Below are positions 29,166 to 39,339 of a stretch of 64,000 nt of DNA, piece by piece. Within the stretch, counting starts at the first letter, position 1. The number at the start of each line of letters is the position of its first letter. The notes beneath the pieces are model-generated. The model was not told the DNA's origin. It ran no database searches and saw only the letters and a list, made by a program, of their open reading frames with translations. Origin of the DNA: Candidatus Hydrogenedentota bacterium (GTDB lineage: Bacteria > Hydrogenedentota > Hydrogenedentia > Hydrogenedentales > JAEUWI01). The stretch lies in the NCBI GenBank assembly GCA_034669905.1, contig JAXMOL010000005.1, forward strand, positions 32,001 through 96,000, read 5' to 3'. Both the position numbers and the translations under genes were made by a program.

Positions 29166-30344
29166 ATGCCCGATTTTTTTGAACGCAGTTTAATAATTCA
29201 TGAGCACCTCCGCGGTAAGATTGGCACGTTCTGTAAGATGCCGATCGTGGATCATGACGACCTCTCGCTCGCCTATACCCCGGGAGTCGCCCGTCCGTGC
29301 AGCGTCATTGCCGAGGATCAGGAGAAGGCCCGTGACCTCACCCTGAAACGAAACTCCGTCGCCGTCGTAAGTGACGGCTCGGCCGTGCTTGGGCTCGGCA
29401 ATATCGGGCCCTACGCTTCCATTCCTGTCATGGAGGGCAAGGCTCTCCTTTTCAAAGACTTCGCCCGCATCGACGCCTGGCCCATTTGCCTGGACACGCA
29501 GGATGTGGATGAGATCGTGAATACAGTCCGGCTGATTGCCCCGGTCTTCGGTGGCATCAACCTGGAAGATATCTCCGCACCGCGCTGCTTTGAAGTGGAG
29601 GCGCGCCTGCAGGATATCGGTATTCCTGTCTTCCATGATGACCAGCATGGCACGGCCATCGTACTGCTGGCCGCCCTGTTCAATGCCACCAAGCTGGTCG
29701 GTAAAGAGATGGAGTCCCTGCGGGTGGTTATCAATGGCGCAGGCGCAGCGGGTACCGCCATCGCCAAACTGCTTCGCTGTGTCGGCCATGATCCCAATGT
29801 CTGCACCCCCGTAGCCGACGCGATCGTGTGCGACTCCAAAGGCGCGATTCACTCGGGCCGACAGGACCTGACGGACTACAAAAAGGACATGCTGTCCTAC
29901 ACCAATCGCGAAAATCGTACGGGCAGTCTCTATGAAGTACTGGTGGGTGCCGATGTATTCATCGGCGTCAGCAAAGGCGATCTTCTTCAGGCCTCCCATA
30001 TTCGCACCATGGCCCAGAACGCCATCGTGTTGGCCATGGCCAACCCAACGCCCGAAATCATGCCGGACGAGGCCCGTGCCGGCGGCGCGGCCGTGATCGG
30101 GACGGGACGAAGCGATTTCCCGAATCAGGTCAACAATGTGTTGGTATTCCCCGGCCTCTTCCGGGGTGCACTGGACGCCAAGGCTCCGACCATTACCGAA
30201 TCGATGAAGATGGCAGCGGCCCGGGCTCTGGCAGAGGCCACACGCAATGTAAGTGTCAACAAGATACTGCCCGATCCCCTGGACCGTACCGTAGCCTCCC
30301 AGGTGGCCCTGGCAGTCAGTGAAGCGGCCCTTCCACCGGAATAG
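29166..30344 (+). CDS. NAD(P)-dependent malic enzyme, short form
   Basis: AYTPGVA, VMEGKALLFK, NLEDI, FHDDQHGTAIV, GAGAAG and GRSDFPNQVNN. Confidence 0.95.
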   Translation: MPDFFERSLIIHEHLRGKIGTFCKMPIVDHDDLSLAYTPGVARPCSVIAEDQEKARDLTLKRNSVAVVSDGSAVLGLGNIGPYASIPVMEGKALLFKDFARIDAWPICLDTQDVDEIVNTVRLIAPVFGGINLEDISAPRCFEVEARLQDIGIPVFHDDQHGTAIVLLAALFNATKLVGKEMESLRVVINGAGAAGTAIAKLLRCVGHDPNVCTPVADAIVCDSKGAIHSGRQDLTDYKKDMLSYTNRENRTGSLYEVLVGADVFIGVSKGDLLQASHIRTMAQNAIVLAMANPTPEIMPDEARAGGAAVIGTGRSDFPNQVNNVLVFPGLFRGALDAKAPTITESMKMAAARALAEATRNVSVNKILPDPLDRTVASQVALAVSEAALPPE

Positions 30345-30566
30345 CCCCCGCTCCCCCCTTTTGCCCCGCAGGGTTCCCCATACCTTCGGGGCATTTTCTT
30401 TCGAGTCACCGCGCCCCAGCGCCCGTGTCACGTATTCGGCACGTTTCTTGCCCTCATCATGATGTAATCCAGTTGGTATTGGCCGTTGCCCAAAGAGCAT
30501 ATGGAGCAGGGACCTCGGCCGCCCTCATTGAACTTATCCCGGACAACAGAGTAGGAGGATGAGCAA

Positions 30567-30893
30567 ATGAACGCTGTGGAAACGGAGTACAGGGCCTGTA
30601 TTGCGGCATGCCAGGAGTGTGTGGTGGCCTGTGAAGTGTGTATATCTCACATGCTTGTACAAAAAAGTAACAACGACTGCCCGAACTGTTGCCGACAGTG
30701 CATTGCGGTCTGCAACATGACCATTGGTGCCCTCTCGGGAGACTGGTTACACGCGGACAGCATGTGCAAACTTACGTCCGAAGTGGCCGCCTGGTGCGCC
30801 TGCAACTGTCGCGAACACGACAACGACGCGTGCCAACGATGCGCCGACGCCTGCGAACGCTGTGCGGCCATGTGCCGGGAATTGGTCGCGTGA
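30567..30893 (+). CDS. Cys-rich four-helix-bundle copper-storage-like protein (Csp3/DUF326)
   Basis: Repeated CxxxCxxC motifs; AGGAGG RBS. Confidence 0.88.
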   Translation: MNAVETEYRACIAACQECVVACEVCISHMLVQKSNNDCPNCCRQCIAVCNMTIGALSGDWLHADSMCKLTSEVAAWCACNCREHDNDACQRCADACERCAAMCRELVA

Positions 30894-31136
30894 CCCTCGG
30901 TTGAACGTGTTGGGACCGCTGCCCCCCCTTGGATGGGACAGCCCATCCCATCACGCCATGCCCCTCATCATCGGTCCGGAATGTCGCCCCCGCGACGGTC
31001 CGGGCCTTTTTTCTATCATCCTGTCGCGCCTGTCCTTTTCGCCCAGCGAGGCTCTCCGAGGGGCCCTGTCCATGGCAAGACGCAACTCCTGTTAAATGCC
31101 TGCTCCTTCCCACTCTTCCCGTGGAGATGAAGAGAA

Positions 31137-31171
31137 CCCGGAGTGCTCACCTGGGCAGGGAGCACTCCGGG
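31137..31171. terminator. Hairpin between convergent genes
   Basis: CCCGGAGTGCTC..GAGCACTCCGGG perfect 12-bp stem. Confidence 0.65.
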
Positions 31172-31202
31172 ATTGGGACAGGATCACGTATCGGCTGTTG
31201 TA

Positions 31203-32159
31203 CTACATCACCGTAACGACGTAGGTGATATTCCGTAAGACTTCCACATTTCCGCTAACCGGGGTGTGGGCATGGAGACTCACGACATGACTTCCCCGCT
31301 CCTTGAATTCATAGGTCAGGGTATCGCCCTTGGCGACTTCCTTTCCGTCAATGCTCCAGACGTAGTGGGAATAGCCGACGGGCGCGATAAATTTCTGCGT
31401 GGTGTTCTGCTCCACTTCACTGTGCACCGGGGGCTCTGCCACGACGGTGGTGGCACCAAAGCCGGCGGCCACGACGCGCTCACCCTCTTTTTCCACATAG
31501 GTGAAGTCGTAGATTCCCGGCTCGGTAAAGGTGTAGTTCATCCGGGCATCTCCCACGCCGACCTGGATAGCCGTACCGTTGACCGCCCAGGCGTAGGTGC
31601 GGCCCTTGACCTGCTCCATGGGTACGGAGAGGGTCTGTCCTACGTAGTACACCTTGGGGAGGTTCAGACGGACGATTTCCTGTCCCAATTGCCGGGTCAT
31701 GCCAAGCCGGGACTTCAGTTCGTCCACGGTAATCCCGAGCCGGGCCGCACGGGACTCCAGACTGGAATAGAGCTTGTCGAGGGGGGCCATCACGGTGACG
31801 GTAGCCTTTCCATGGCCCGTGTCAATAACGAGGTCATAGGAGCCGATTTCCAGCAACTCGGAGGGTTTCACCGTAACCTGACCATCGGCTTTCGTCACGT
31901 CGATCATGTGGTCATAGTCGTGTCCACCGGCCCACAGCTTAACCGACTTAATGGCGGAAGCGGGTACGGCCTGTCCATTGTGTACTACGGAAATGGTCTC
32001 CGAGGTATCAATTTTTCCAAACTCAATCTGGCTCGGCTTCACCTCCACGGCGAACGCTGACCAGGCCCCGACGAGCAGTGCGAAGAGCGCACTGGGGAGC
32101 ACGCGCCCCATCCGGGCGCGGATACTTCGGTGTTGACGGTTTCCAGCATGGCTGCTCAT
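31203..32159 (-). CDS. Secreted hypothetical protein with Ig/PKD-like beta domains
   Basis: Signal peptide; YAWAVNG..YTFTEPGIY and YVWSIDGK..YEFKERGSH repeats. Confidence 0.65.
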   Translation of the reverse strand: MSSHAGNRQHRSIRARMGRVLPSALFALLVGAWSAFAVEVKPSQIEFGKIDTSETISVVHNGQAVPASAIKSVKLWAGGHDYDHMIDVTKADGQVTVKPSELLEIGSYDLVIDTGHGKATVTVMAPLDKLYSSLESRAARLGITVDELKSRLGMTRQLGQEIVRLNLPKVYYVGQTLSVPMEQVKGRTYAWAVNGTAIQVGVGDARMNYTFTEPGIYDFTYVEKEGERVVAAGFGATTVVAEPPVHSEVEQNTTQKFIAPVGYSHYVWSIDGKEVAKGDTLTYEFKERGSHVVSLHAHTPVSGNVEVLRNITYVVTVM

Positions 32160-32248
32160 GGCATTCTCCTTTTCCTAAATACGTTACCCAGGGTAACGGG
32201 TCTTTGTGCGTCTGCTTGAGGAGCGCGATACGTCCATCAAGTTGTCGC

Positions 32249-32725
32249 TCAGCGAGTAATATCCTCTGAGAGCTCAGAAAGTTTCTGCTCCAGATCATCC
32301 ATCGCCTGGGCCAGTTCCGACTTGGCCTGCTCCCAGCGATCCTTGGAGGCTTCTTTGAGCCCCTGCCATTCTGCCCTCAACGCGTCGCGCTGGGTTTCCA
32401 GGGTCGCGAGGGATTCGTTCAACCCTTCTCTGGCGTCATCCCCCGCTTCCTCCAGTTTCTCGGACAGGGCGGCGATTTGGCGGTCGAGCACATCCAGTTC
32501 ATCGCTGAATTCCCGGTCAAATCGGGCACGCTGTTCGCTCACGGCCTCCTGGAAGCGGTCGCCCAACTCCCGGGCCTCTTCCTTGATTTCTTCGCCCACC
32601 TCCCGGGCTTCCTCTGCGAGGTCACTTTCCGGACCCGCGGGCCGGTCAGGGGCCGTGTCGCACCCGAAGAGAGCGACGCTGGCACCTATGCCCAACAAGA
32701 GCATCGATTTGCAGTGACTGAACAT
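32249..32725 (-). CDS. Acidic coiled-coil lipoprotein
   Basis: Lipobox ALFGC; helical E/A/R-rich body; AAGGAG RBS. Confidence 0.75.
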   Translation of the reverse strand: MFSHCKSMLLLGIGASVALFGCDTAPDRPAGPESDLAEEAREVGEEIKEEARELGDRFQEAVSEQRARFDREFSDELDVLDRQIAALSEKLEEAGDDAREGLNESLATLETQRDALRAEWQGLKEASKDRWEQAKSELAQAMDDLEQKLSELSEDITR

Positions 32726-32783
32726 GATGGAATCTCCTTATCCGTTTTCGTGCACCAGATTTCAATGGAAATCGGTCCGGAAG

Positions 32784-32951
32784 CTATACATTGCGGACGC
32801 GCAAACCGGCGACGAGGCTGAGAAGGAATAACACAAGAAAGACCACGAACAGGATTTTCGCAATTCCGGCCGTGGCGGCGGCGATACCACCAAATCCGAA
32901 GATGGCGGCAATGAGAGATACGACGAAGAAGACTACTGCCCAGTACAACAT
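32784..32951 (-). CDS. DUF1328 (UPF0391/YtjA) small membrane protein
   Basis: [44 protein letters not shown]. Confidence 0.95.
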   Translation of the reverse strand: MLYWAVVFFVVSLIAAIFGFGGIAAATAGIAKILFVVFLVLFLLSLVAGLRVRNV

Positions 32952-33009
32952 AGAGTTATCCTCCTTTTCTTTTCCGCTGTGCAGGCGTTGTGCCCGCTTA
33001 GCTTCCAAG

Positions 33010-33027
33010 ATGCAAGGCCCGTGCCAA
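33010..33027 (-). promoter_or_regulatory. sigma54 (-24/-12) promoter for the DUF1328 operon
   Basis: TTGGCACGGGCCTTGCAT matches TGGCACG-N4-TTGC. Confidence 0.8.
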
Positions 33028-33143
33028 GCTCGGAAGTATTGAAGCTAAAGGACTTAGCGCTTGGCTCGTGTAGGAAGGTGACGGAAGGGCGTATGAAAAG
33101 GTGACAGGAGCGGGCCGCGACGGGGATGGGCAGACCGGGCCGT

Positions 33144-33192
33144 AAAAAAAGCGTGGTCCCTGCGGGAGCGATAGCATTCCGCTCCCGCAGGG
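33144..33192 (-). terminator. Rho-independent terminator
   Basis: CCCTGCGGGAGCG..CGCTCCCGCAGGG 13-bp stem with a T7 tract downstream on the minus strand. Confidence 0.75.
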
Positions 33193-33203
33193 CATTGGAA
33201 GTG

Positions 33204-34346
33204 CTACGCGCCGATTTCGCTCTTAATGACGCGGAGACCAAACGTACCGATCAGGGCCTTGATATCCTTGCCATCCACGTCACCGGTTTTCTTCATGTCT
33301 TTCTTGATGCTCTTTATTTCGACCTTCAAGTCCTCCAGGGCCTTTTCCTTGGACTTGAGATCATTCAGCGCCTTTTTTACGCCCGACTTGGAAAGAAAGG
33401 CTGATTTGTCGCCGTCAGACTTTTTCCAGGCGCCCACGATCTTCTTCGTCATGGAATCAATCTCTTTCCGCAACTTGACCGCTTTCTTTTCCTGGGCCTC
33501 CAGCATTTCCTCGCTCTTTGCCCAGACGCCTTCGTCACCCGTCTTCATCCGTTTGCCATGGCCATCCGTCTGGGAGTTGTCATCGGCGGTCCAACTTGGC
33601 CCGGGCATCCCCTCAACCGATAGTTTCTTGTAACCCCGTTTCTTCATTTCCGACCATACCTTCTTCGCGTATGGATCGTCCTTTTTGTCTTTTTCAGGGC
33701 CGCCTGAAGCGGTGAAGCAACCACTGAGGGTAATCTTCCCGCTGAAATCCTTGGACAGGTTCTTTTTCTTGTCCTTATTCTTCGTCAGCAAGTCACAGAG
33801 CTGAGACGGCTTCTTGCCGGCCAGATGGGTCCCGATAACGCGTCCCGGTTTGGTCTTCGGCGTCCCGTGGGCACAAAGAAGCACGTTGCCCGTAATTCCC
33901 CCGAAATCTGCTTCGTCCTCTTCCTGAACGCGCGCTTTGAGCTTTTTCCCCTTGGCATCGCTGGCCTCATCGATGGTATCGTCGCCCCGATCCATATTCA
34001 CCACGGCCGAATTGGATTTCGCGAGTTTTTCTTTGAGCCCCACGTAATTCTTGACGAGGACCGACATCCCTTCGAACTTTCCGTCCACCTTGTCATGAAT
34101 CACCAGCACCAGGTCTTTCTTCACCACGCCCGCCATAATATAGGGATCTTTGAGCTTCTTACTGGCTGAGTGGTACTTGACCAATTTGAGGGCGTCCGAG
34201 GATTTAATTACCACCCCCTGCACCCCCTTTTCCCCGAACTCTTCCAGGTCATACGTGATGGCCTTGATCACGTTACCAATATTGAATTTGCTGAAATCGA
34301 TGTTCTTTTTGGACCCATAAAGTATGGGGCTCAATTTTGCTGGCAT
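33204..34346 (-). CDS. Lys-rich protein with a putative clan CD (peptidase C80-like) His-Cys dyad
   Basis: VLLCAHG ... KITLSGCFTA; GGAGGT RBS before MPAKL; C-terminal coiled coil. Confidence 0.55.
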   Translation of the reverse strand: MPAKLSPILYGSKKNIDFSKFNIGNVIKAITYDLEEFGEKGVQGVVIKSSDALKLVKYHSASKKLKDPYIMAGVVKKDLVLVIHDKVDGKFEGMSVLVKNYVGLKEKLAKSNSAVVNMDRGDDTIDEASDAKGKKLKARVQEEDEADFGGITGNVLLCAHGTPKTKPGRVIGTHLAGKKPSQLCDLLTKNKDKKKNLSKDFSGKITLSGCFTASGGPEKDKKDDPYAKKVWSEMKKRGYKKLSVEGMPGPSWTADDNSQTDGHGKRMKTGDEGVWAKSEEMLEAQEKKAVKLRKEIDSMTKKIVGAWKKSDGDKSAFLSKSGVKKALNDLKSKEKALEDLKVEIKSIKKDMKKTGDVDGKDIKALIGTFGLRVIKSEIGA

Positions 34347-34679
34347 GAAACGACCTCCCAGGTTGAAATATACCGTTCTTGTCAAGAGTTTACGCTAGGC
34401 TTCCCATACTACCATAGGTCAGCGAAAAATGTTCGGTTTTCCGCGACGATGGGCAGGGCAAGGCGTTCCGCCCAGCAGGCACCTGCCCGAAGGCGTAAGT
34501 CTTAGCGCAAAATCGCTGCGGTGCCGGGGCCACCCCCATCGCCCGTAAAAACGCATTTCCCTATCGACAAATGCGCGTCGCCGTGGCACAATAGGGATAG
34601 AAGGCAACCGGGCAATCGGGTTGCCCCACGTGGCCTTTCCAGCGTGTGCAACGCACGACAACCCTTGGAGAGTCCCGCC

Positions 34680-35834
34680 ATGACCATCACGACCCACTCC
34701 CTCGAACACGAACTTTCCCTTCGTCGAATCGCGGAATACGCACTGAAACAACGGGCCTCCGACATCCATTTGAAGGTGGGGCGGCCCCCGGCGATTCGCA
34801 TCGATAGTGCACTTCGTTTCGTGCCCATGTCGGCTATCACCGACGAGGACTTTCTCGGCTTCCTGGAAGAGTTCATGACGCCCGAGCAGCAGGAAGCCTA
34901 TCTGGAAAGCGGTGATGCGGATCTCGCGGTGGACTTCCCCGGGCTGGCCCGCTTCCGCGCCAACTGCTACCGCCAGCGGGGAAAAAACGCGGTCATCCTG
35001 CGCCACGTACGCACGGATATTCCGGACTTTGCCTCTTTGAACCTCCCGGAAAAGGCGATGAAACACATCGCTGAACTGCCCCGTGGACTGGTGCTTGTGA
35101 CCGGTACGACCAGCAGCGGCAAATCGACGACGCTGGCCGCCCTGATCGGACGCATCAACGAAACGCGCCACGGGCACATCGTCACCCTCGAAGATCCCAT
35201 CGAATATGTCCACGAAGACAAGCAGTGCAGCGTCAGTCAGCGGGAGGTGCACCTCGACACCAAAGACTTCCGCACGGGACTGCGGGCCATCCTGCGGGAA
35301 GACCCGAATATCATTCTTATCGGCGAGATGCGGGATGTGGATACCTTCTACACCTGCCTGGGCGCGGCCGAGACCGGCCACCTGGTCTTCAGCACACTGC
35401 ACACCACCAACGTCATGATGACCATCGACCGTATTCTGGACCTTTTTCCTGCGGAACAACACGCCCAGATTCGTTCTCAATTGGCGCTGCAATTGCAAGC
35501 CATCGTGTCCCAGCGCCTCCTGCCCAACGCCAGTGGCACGGGACGTGTCCCCGCCGTCGAGGTCATGTTTATGAATCCGGGAATCGCCTCCCTGATTCGG
35601 GAGGATGAAATCGGCCGAATCCCCCAGGTCATTGCAGATGGCCGGGACGAAGGCATGCAGACCTTTAACATGCACCTCATCGAACTGGTGAAGTCGGGAA
35701 CGATTACGATGAAGGACGCTGAGTTTGCATCGGACAATCCCGACGCCCTGAAGGCCAATCTCTCGGGGATTTTTGGCATGCGCGATCGGGGTGGTATTAC
35801 CAAGCATCGCAAAACAAGTTTTGTAGGTGACTGA
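34680..35834 (+). CDS. pilT: PilT/PilU-family type IV pilus retraction ATPase
   Basis: ASDIHL, GTTSSGKSTT, TLEDPIEY, LREDPNIILIGEMRD, ETGHLVFSTLHT and GMQTFN. Confidence 0.9.
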   Translation: MTITTHSLEHELSLRRIAEYALKQRASDIHLKVGRPPAIRIDSALRFVPMSAITDEDFLGFLEEFMTPEQQEAYLESGDADLAVDFPGLARFRANCYRQRGKNAVILRHVRTDIPDFASLNLPEKAMKHIAELPRGLVLVTGTTSSGKSTTLAALIGRINETRHGHIVTLEDPIEYVHEDKQCSVSQREVHLDTKDFRTGLRAILREDPNIILIGEMRDVDTFYTCLGAAETGHLVFSTLHTTNVMMTIDRILDLFPAEQHAQIRSQLALQLQAIVSQRLLPNASGTGRVPAVEVMFMNPGIASLIREDEIGRIPQVIADGRDEGMQTFNMHLIELVKSGTITMKDAEFASDNPDALKANLSGIFGMRDRGGITKHRKTSFVGD

Positions 35835-36009
35835 CGTCACCCTGACGGATGCCAGGGACCGGCAGCCCAACGGGGCCTGTCCGGGGTACGGCCTCGAAAG
35901 GTGAAGGTCTGTTTTCCTGCCTGGTTGAACGGCTTGTATCTCGCGGTCGACGCGTGTATCGTGTGCCCTTATTGCTGTTACGTGTCCCTCACCAAGGAGT
36001 ACCGCGCCC

Positions 36010-37428
36010 ATGTCTTTCCATCGACTGACCCTGTGCTTGCTCACTCTCGCAACACCCCTTTGGGGCGTCCCCACCCATGCCGACGCGCCCGATGTCGCGA
36101 CACGGAATGCAATGTGTCTGCGCCCCTTCCCGGACAATCCCTATTACTGGCAATACAAGGGCGAGCCAATTATTCTGCTGGGTGGCTCGGTAGAGGATAA
36201 TCTCTTTCAAATTGACGGTCTGGAGGCCCACCTCGATTTACTCCAGGCCTCGGGAGGCAACTATATCCGCAACACCCTCTCTTCCCGCGATGAGGGTAAC
36301 CTGTGGATGTTTCAGCAGCGCGAAGATGGCAAGTACAACCTCGACGCCCTCAACGAGGCCTACTACGCGCGTTTGAAACGGTTGCTCGACCTCTGTCTGA
36401 AACGGGATATCGTGGTCCAGTTCGAACTGTGGGACCGCTTCGATTATTCCCGGGAGCAGTGGCACGGGAACCCCTTCCGTCCCATCAACAACGTAACCTA
36501 CACCGTCGCCTCGTCGGGCCTCAAGAATGAGTACCCGCGCCATCCGGGCTCCAATGACAACCCGTTCTTCCGCAGCATTCCCAAGCAGGAAAACAATGAA
36601 CTCATCCTGAAATACCAACGCATGCACATGGACCGGGTACTCGCTGTTTCCCTCCCCTATCCCAATGTCCTGTACTGCATGGACAACGAGACACGGGCCA
36701 ATACCGACTGGGGGGCGTACTGGTCCAACTACGTGAAAGACAAAGCGAAGGGGTTGGGCGTGGTGGTCCAGACCACCGAAATGTGGGATGACTGGAACCT
36801 GCAGGCCGAGCAGCATCGGCACACGCTGGACCACCCGGAGCGCTATTCCTTTGTAGATACCTCCCAGAATAACCACCAGAAGGGACAGCGCCATTGGGAC
36901 AACTTTCAATGGGTCCGGGCCTACCTGGCAAAGTCTCCCCGTCCCATCAACCATGTGAAATGTTATGGTGCGGAAAGCAACCAATTCGGGGATGACCGCG
37001 ATGGGGTCGAGCGTTTCTGGCGGAGCCTCGTCGGTGGGGCCGCGTCCATTCGCTTTCACCGTCCGCCTGCTGGATTGGGGCTGGGTGAGCGGGCCCAGGC
37101 CAATGTAAAGAGCGCACGTCTCTTCAGCGAGGCCTACAACCTTATTGCGGGAACGCCGATGACACGGGAGGCCGTGGTGAGTAAGCTCCTCGCCGACGTG
37201 GAAGACAACGAGGCCCATGTAAATCGGAGTGAGCAGGCGATGGCCGTTTATATGCCCCAGGGCGGCGAGGTTCGCCTGCTTACGAAAGACGTCGGCGCAC
37301 GGCCGGTGGTCCAGTGGCTCGATATTGAGCACAGCGTCTGGCGTGCTCCTGTCCCCTTAGAAGGCGATACGCCCGCCCTGAAAGCGCCCGGGGACGGTCA
37401 ATGGCTCGCCCTGATCCGGGCCGAATAA
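36010..37428 (+). CDS. Secreted putative TIM-barrel glycoside hydrolase-like protein with a small C-terminal beta domain
   Basis: Signal peptide; NPYYWQYKGEPIILLG, GGNYIR and MDNE segments. Confidence 0.55.
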   Translation: MSFHRLTLCLLTLATPLWGVPTHADAPDVATRNAMCLRPFPDNPYYWQYKGEPIILLGGSVEDNLFQIDGLEAHLDLLQASGGNYIRNTLSSRDEGNLWMFQQREDGKYNLDALNEAYYARLKRLLDLCLKRDIVVQFELWDRFDYSREQWHGNPFRPINNVTYTVASSGLKNEYPRHPGSNDNPFFRSIPKQENNELILKYQRMHMDRVLAVSLPYPNVLYCMDNETRANTDWGAYWSNYVKDKAKGLGVVVQTTEMWDDWNLQAEQHRHTLDHPERYSFVDTSQNNHQKGQRHWDNFQWVRAYLAKSPRPINHVKCYGAESNQFGDDRDGVERFWRSLVGGAASIRFHRPPAGLGLGERAQANVKSARLFSEAYNLIAGTPMTREAVVSKLLADVEDNEAHVNRSEQAMAVYMPQGGEVRLLTKDVGARPVVQWLDIEHSVWRAPVPLEGDTPALKAPGDGQWLALIRAE

Positions 37429-37561
37429 GCGTGCTTAGACTACTTTGTACGCCTGATCCGGATAGATCGGGCCTTTCACTGCGGCTATCATGGCACGTTG
37501 CTCGCCCCCGACGACTGGCAGCGGCAACAACGTGCCCCCACTGAACCTTGGAAAGTAACCC

Positions 37562-38293
37562 ATGAACGCTTCTTTTGATATCGCTCACAAGACGGCCCTC
37601 GTCACCGGTGCCAATCGGGGCATCGGTAAGGCCATCCTCACCTCGCTGGTGCAGCACGGCGCGAAGCGGGTCTATGCAGCGGTTCGTTCCCTCGAGTCGA
37701 CCCAGACGCTGGTGGAGACCTTCGGCGACAAAGTGGTACCTCTTGAACTGGATATGACCAAGCCAGAGACCATCACCGCCGCCGCCGCCAAGGCCACCGA
37801 CGTGGAGTTGGTGGTGAATAACGCCGGCGTGCTGACCCAAACCAACGCCCTCTCATCCAAGGCCTTTGACCACCTCGCCTACGAAATGGAGGTCAATGTC
37901 TACGGTCTGATCCGGGTAGCCCAGGCCTTTGCCCCTGTCTTGAAAGCCAACGGCGGGGGGGCTTTTGTGCAGATCAATTCCGTCGCATCCCTGAAGTCCT
38001 TTCCGGGCATTGCGACATACTCCGCTTCGAAGGCTGCGGCCTACTCGATCACCCAGGGCCTTCGGGCCACCCTGGCGAATCAGCATACGATCGTGCTGAG
38101 CGTCCACCCGGGGCCCATCGAAACCGATATGGCCACCCATGCCGGCATGCTGGAAGGTGTTGAGCCCCCTACAGTGGTGGCCGATGGTCTCATCGCCGCG
38201 TTGAAACTGGGCAACCCCCACCTCTTCCCCGATACCCTTGCCCGCGATGTGTGGCACGCCTATGAAGGATTCGCCAAGGCCATCATTGAGTGA
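37562..38293 (+). CDS. SDR family oxidoreductase
   Basis: TGANRGIG, NNAG, YSASK and HPGPIETDM. Confidence 0.95.
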   Translation: MNASFDIAHKTALVTGANRGIGKAILTSLVQHGAKRVYAAVRSLESTQTLVETFGDKVVPLELDMTKPETITAAAAKATDVELVVNNAGVLTQTNALSSKAFDHLAYEMEVNVYGLIRVAQAFAPVLKANGGGAFVQINSVASLKSFPGIATYSASKAAAYSITQGLRATLANQHTIVLSVHPGPIETDMATHAGMLEGVEPPTVVADGLIAALKLGNPHLFPDTLARDVWHAYEGFAKAIIE

Positions 38294-38413
38294 TATTCAG
38301 CCGACGTACTGCATTGGGTGAGAATCACGGCGTGACGTACCAATGACCGCGCATTCTTTGCGACACGTCTCAGGACGAAACTCCCCTCCTCGGAAGGGGG
38401 CTTTTGCGCCGCC

Positions 38414-38770
38414 CTATTTCAGCGGTGGGCCCCAGTCTTCAAAGGTAGGCTCGGGCTCGATGGGGCGCAGGGTTACGTAGATGTCATCGCCCTCGATTTT
38501 GAGCCCATGGCGACGTAGACAGACCTTGCTGCCCCAGAGGCACTCGCCCGTGACGAGGTTGTATTTCCAGCCGTGCCAGGGACAGATCACCACGTCGCCG
38601 TTCATTTTTCCTTCGGTGAGGTCCGCGTTTTCGTGCTTACACCCCACTTCCGTGGCGAAAAAGGTGCCGTCCTTCTGTTTGATGATGCCCACAGGACGGG
38701 CCAGGAGTTTATAGGAGCGAATCCGGGTCTTCTTAAAGTCTTGCACCCGGGCGAGTTTCACGTATTCCAC
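38414..38770 (-). CDS. Rieske [2Fe-2S] ferredoxin
   Basis: CKH ... CPWHGW. Confidence 0.9.
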   Translation of the reverse strand: MEYVKLARVQDFKKTRIRSYKLLARPVGIIKQKDGTFFATEVGCKHENADLTEGKMNGDVVICPWHGWKYNLVTGECLWGSKVCLRRHGLKIEGDDIYVTLRPIEPEPTFEDWGPPLK

Positions 38771-38977
38771 AGGGTATGCCTTCCAACGGTATGGAATTTT
38801 TCAGCCAGTATACGTGTTCTATTAGGTTGACGGCCACTCTGGATAGTTACCGGGTCCGACGGCGGCGTTTCAAAATTTGGCAGGAATCGGTGTAATCCGT
38901 TATAATTCAGGAAGATAGAACCTGCACCCCATTGAGCAACGGGGTCTTACTCTACCCAGCATGAATCGAGGTGTTGT

Positions 38978-39289
38978 ATGCTCGAAGCACAAGAAACCTA
39001 TTTCCGGTTGGATATGCCCGTGGCGGAAGCCATGGCACTGCACCCCCGGGTGGCCGAGGTCTTCGCGGCCTTCCATCTCGGTGGTTGCTCCCATTGCGGT
39101 GTCGCCCAGTTTGAGACCATTGAACAGGTCTGCATGGGCTATGGCGTCGATTCGGAAGTGCTCCTGGAGGTCCTGGAGGGCCTGATGGAAAACGATCCGC
39201 AAGAAGATGGGCCTGCCAAGCCTGCCCCGGCCGAACCCGCCGAACCCGCCGAACCCGGCACGGCCGAAGCGCCGTCGGAAGACCAATAA
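38978..39289 (+). CDS. DUF1858-like small protein with CxxC and a Pro/Ala/Glu tail
   Basis: HPRVAEVF..GGCSHC..ETIEQVC..GVD; GAGGTG RBS. Confidence 0.75.
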   Translation: MLEAQETYFRLDMPVAEAMALHPRVAEVFAAFHLGGCSHCGVAQFETIEQVCMGYGVDSEVLLEVLEGLMENDPQEDGPAKPAPAEPAEPAEPGTAEAPSEDQ

Positions 39290-39339
39290 GCTTTACCCGC
39301 GCCTGCTGCGCATAGTTTCCCGATTGAAGGAGGTCGTAA

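Noticed and set aside
29190..30500. 436 aa minus-strand ORF
   Set aside because: Antisense shadow of the malic enzyme
34419..36137. 572 aa minus-strand ORF
   Set aside because: Antisense shadow of pilT
37491..37505. TGGCACGTTGCTCGC sigma54-like site before the SDR gene
   Set aside because: Mismatch in the -12 element and little room for an enhancer; not supportable alone
39230..39256. GCCGAACCC x3 repeat
   Set aside because: Simply encodes a PAE low-complexity tail
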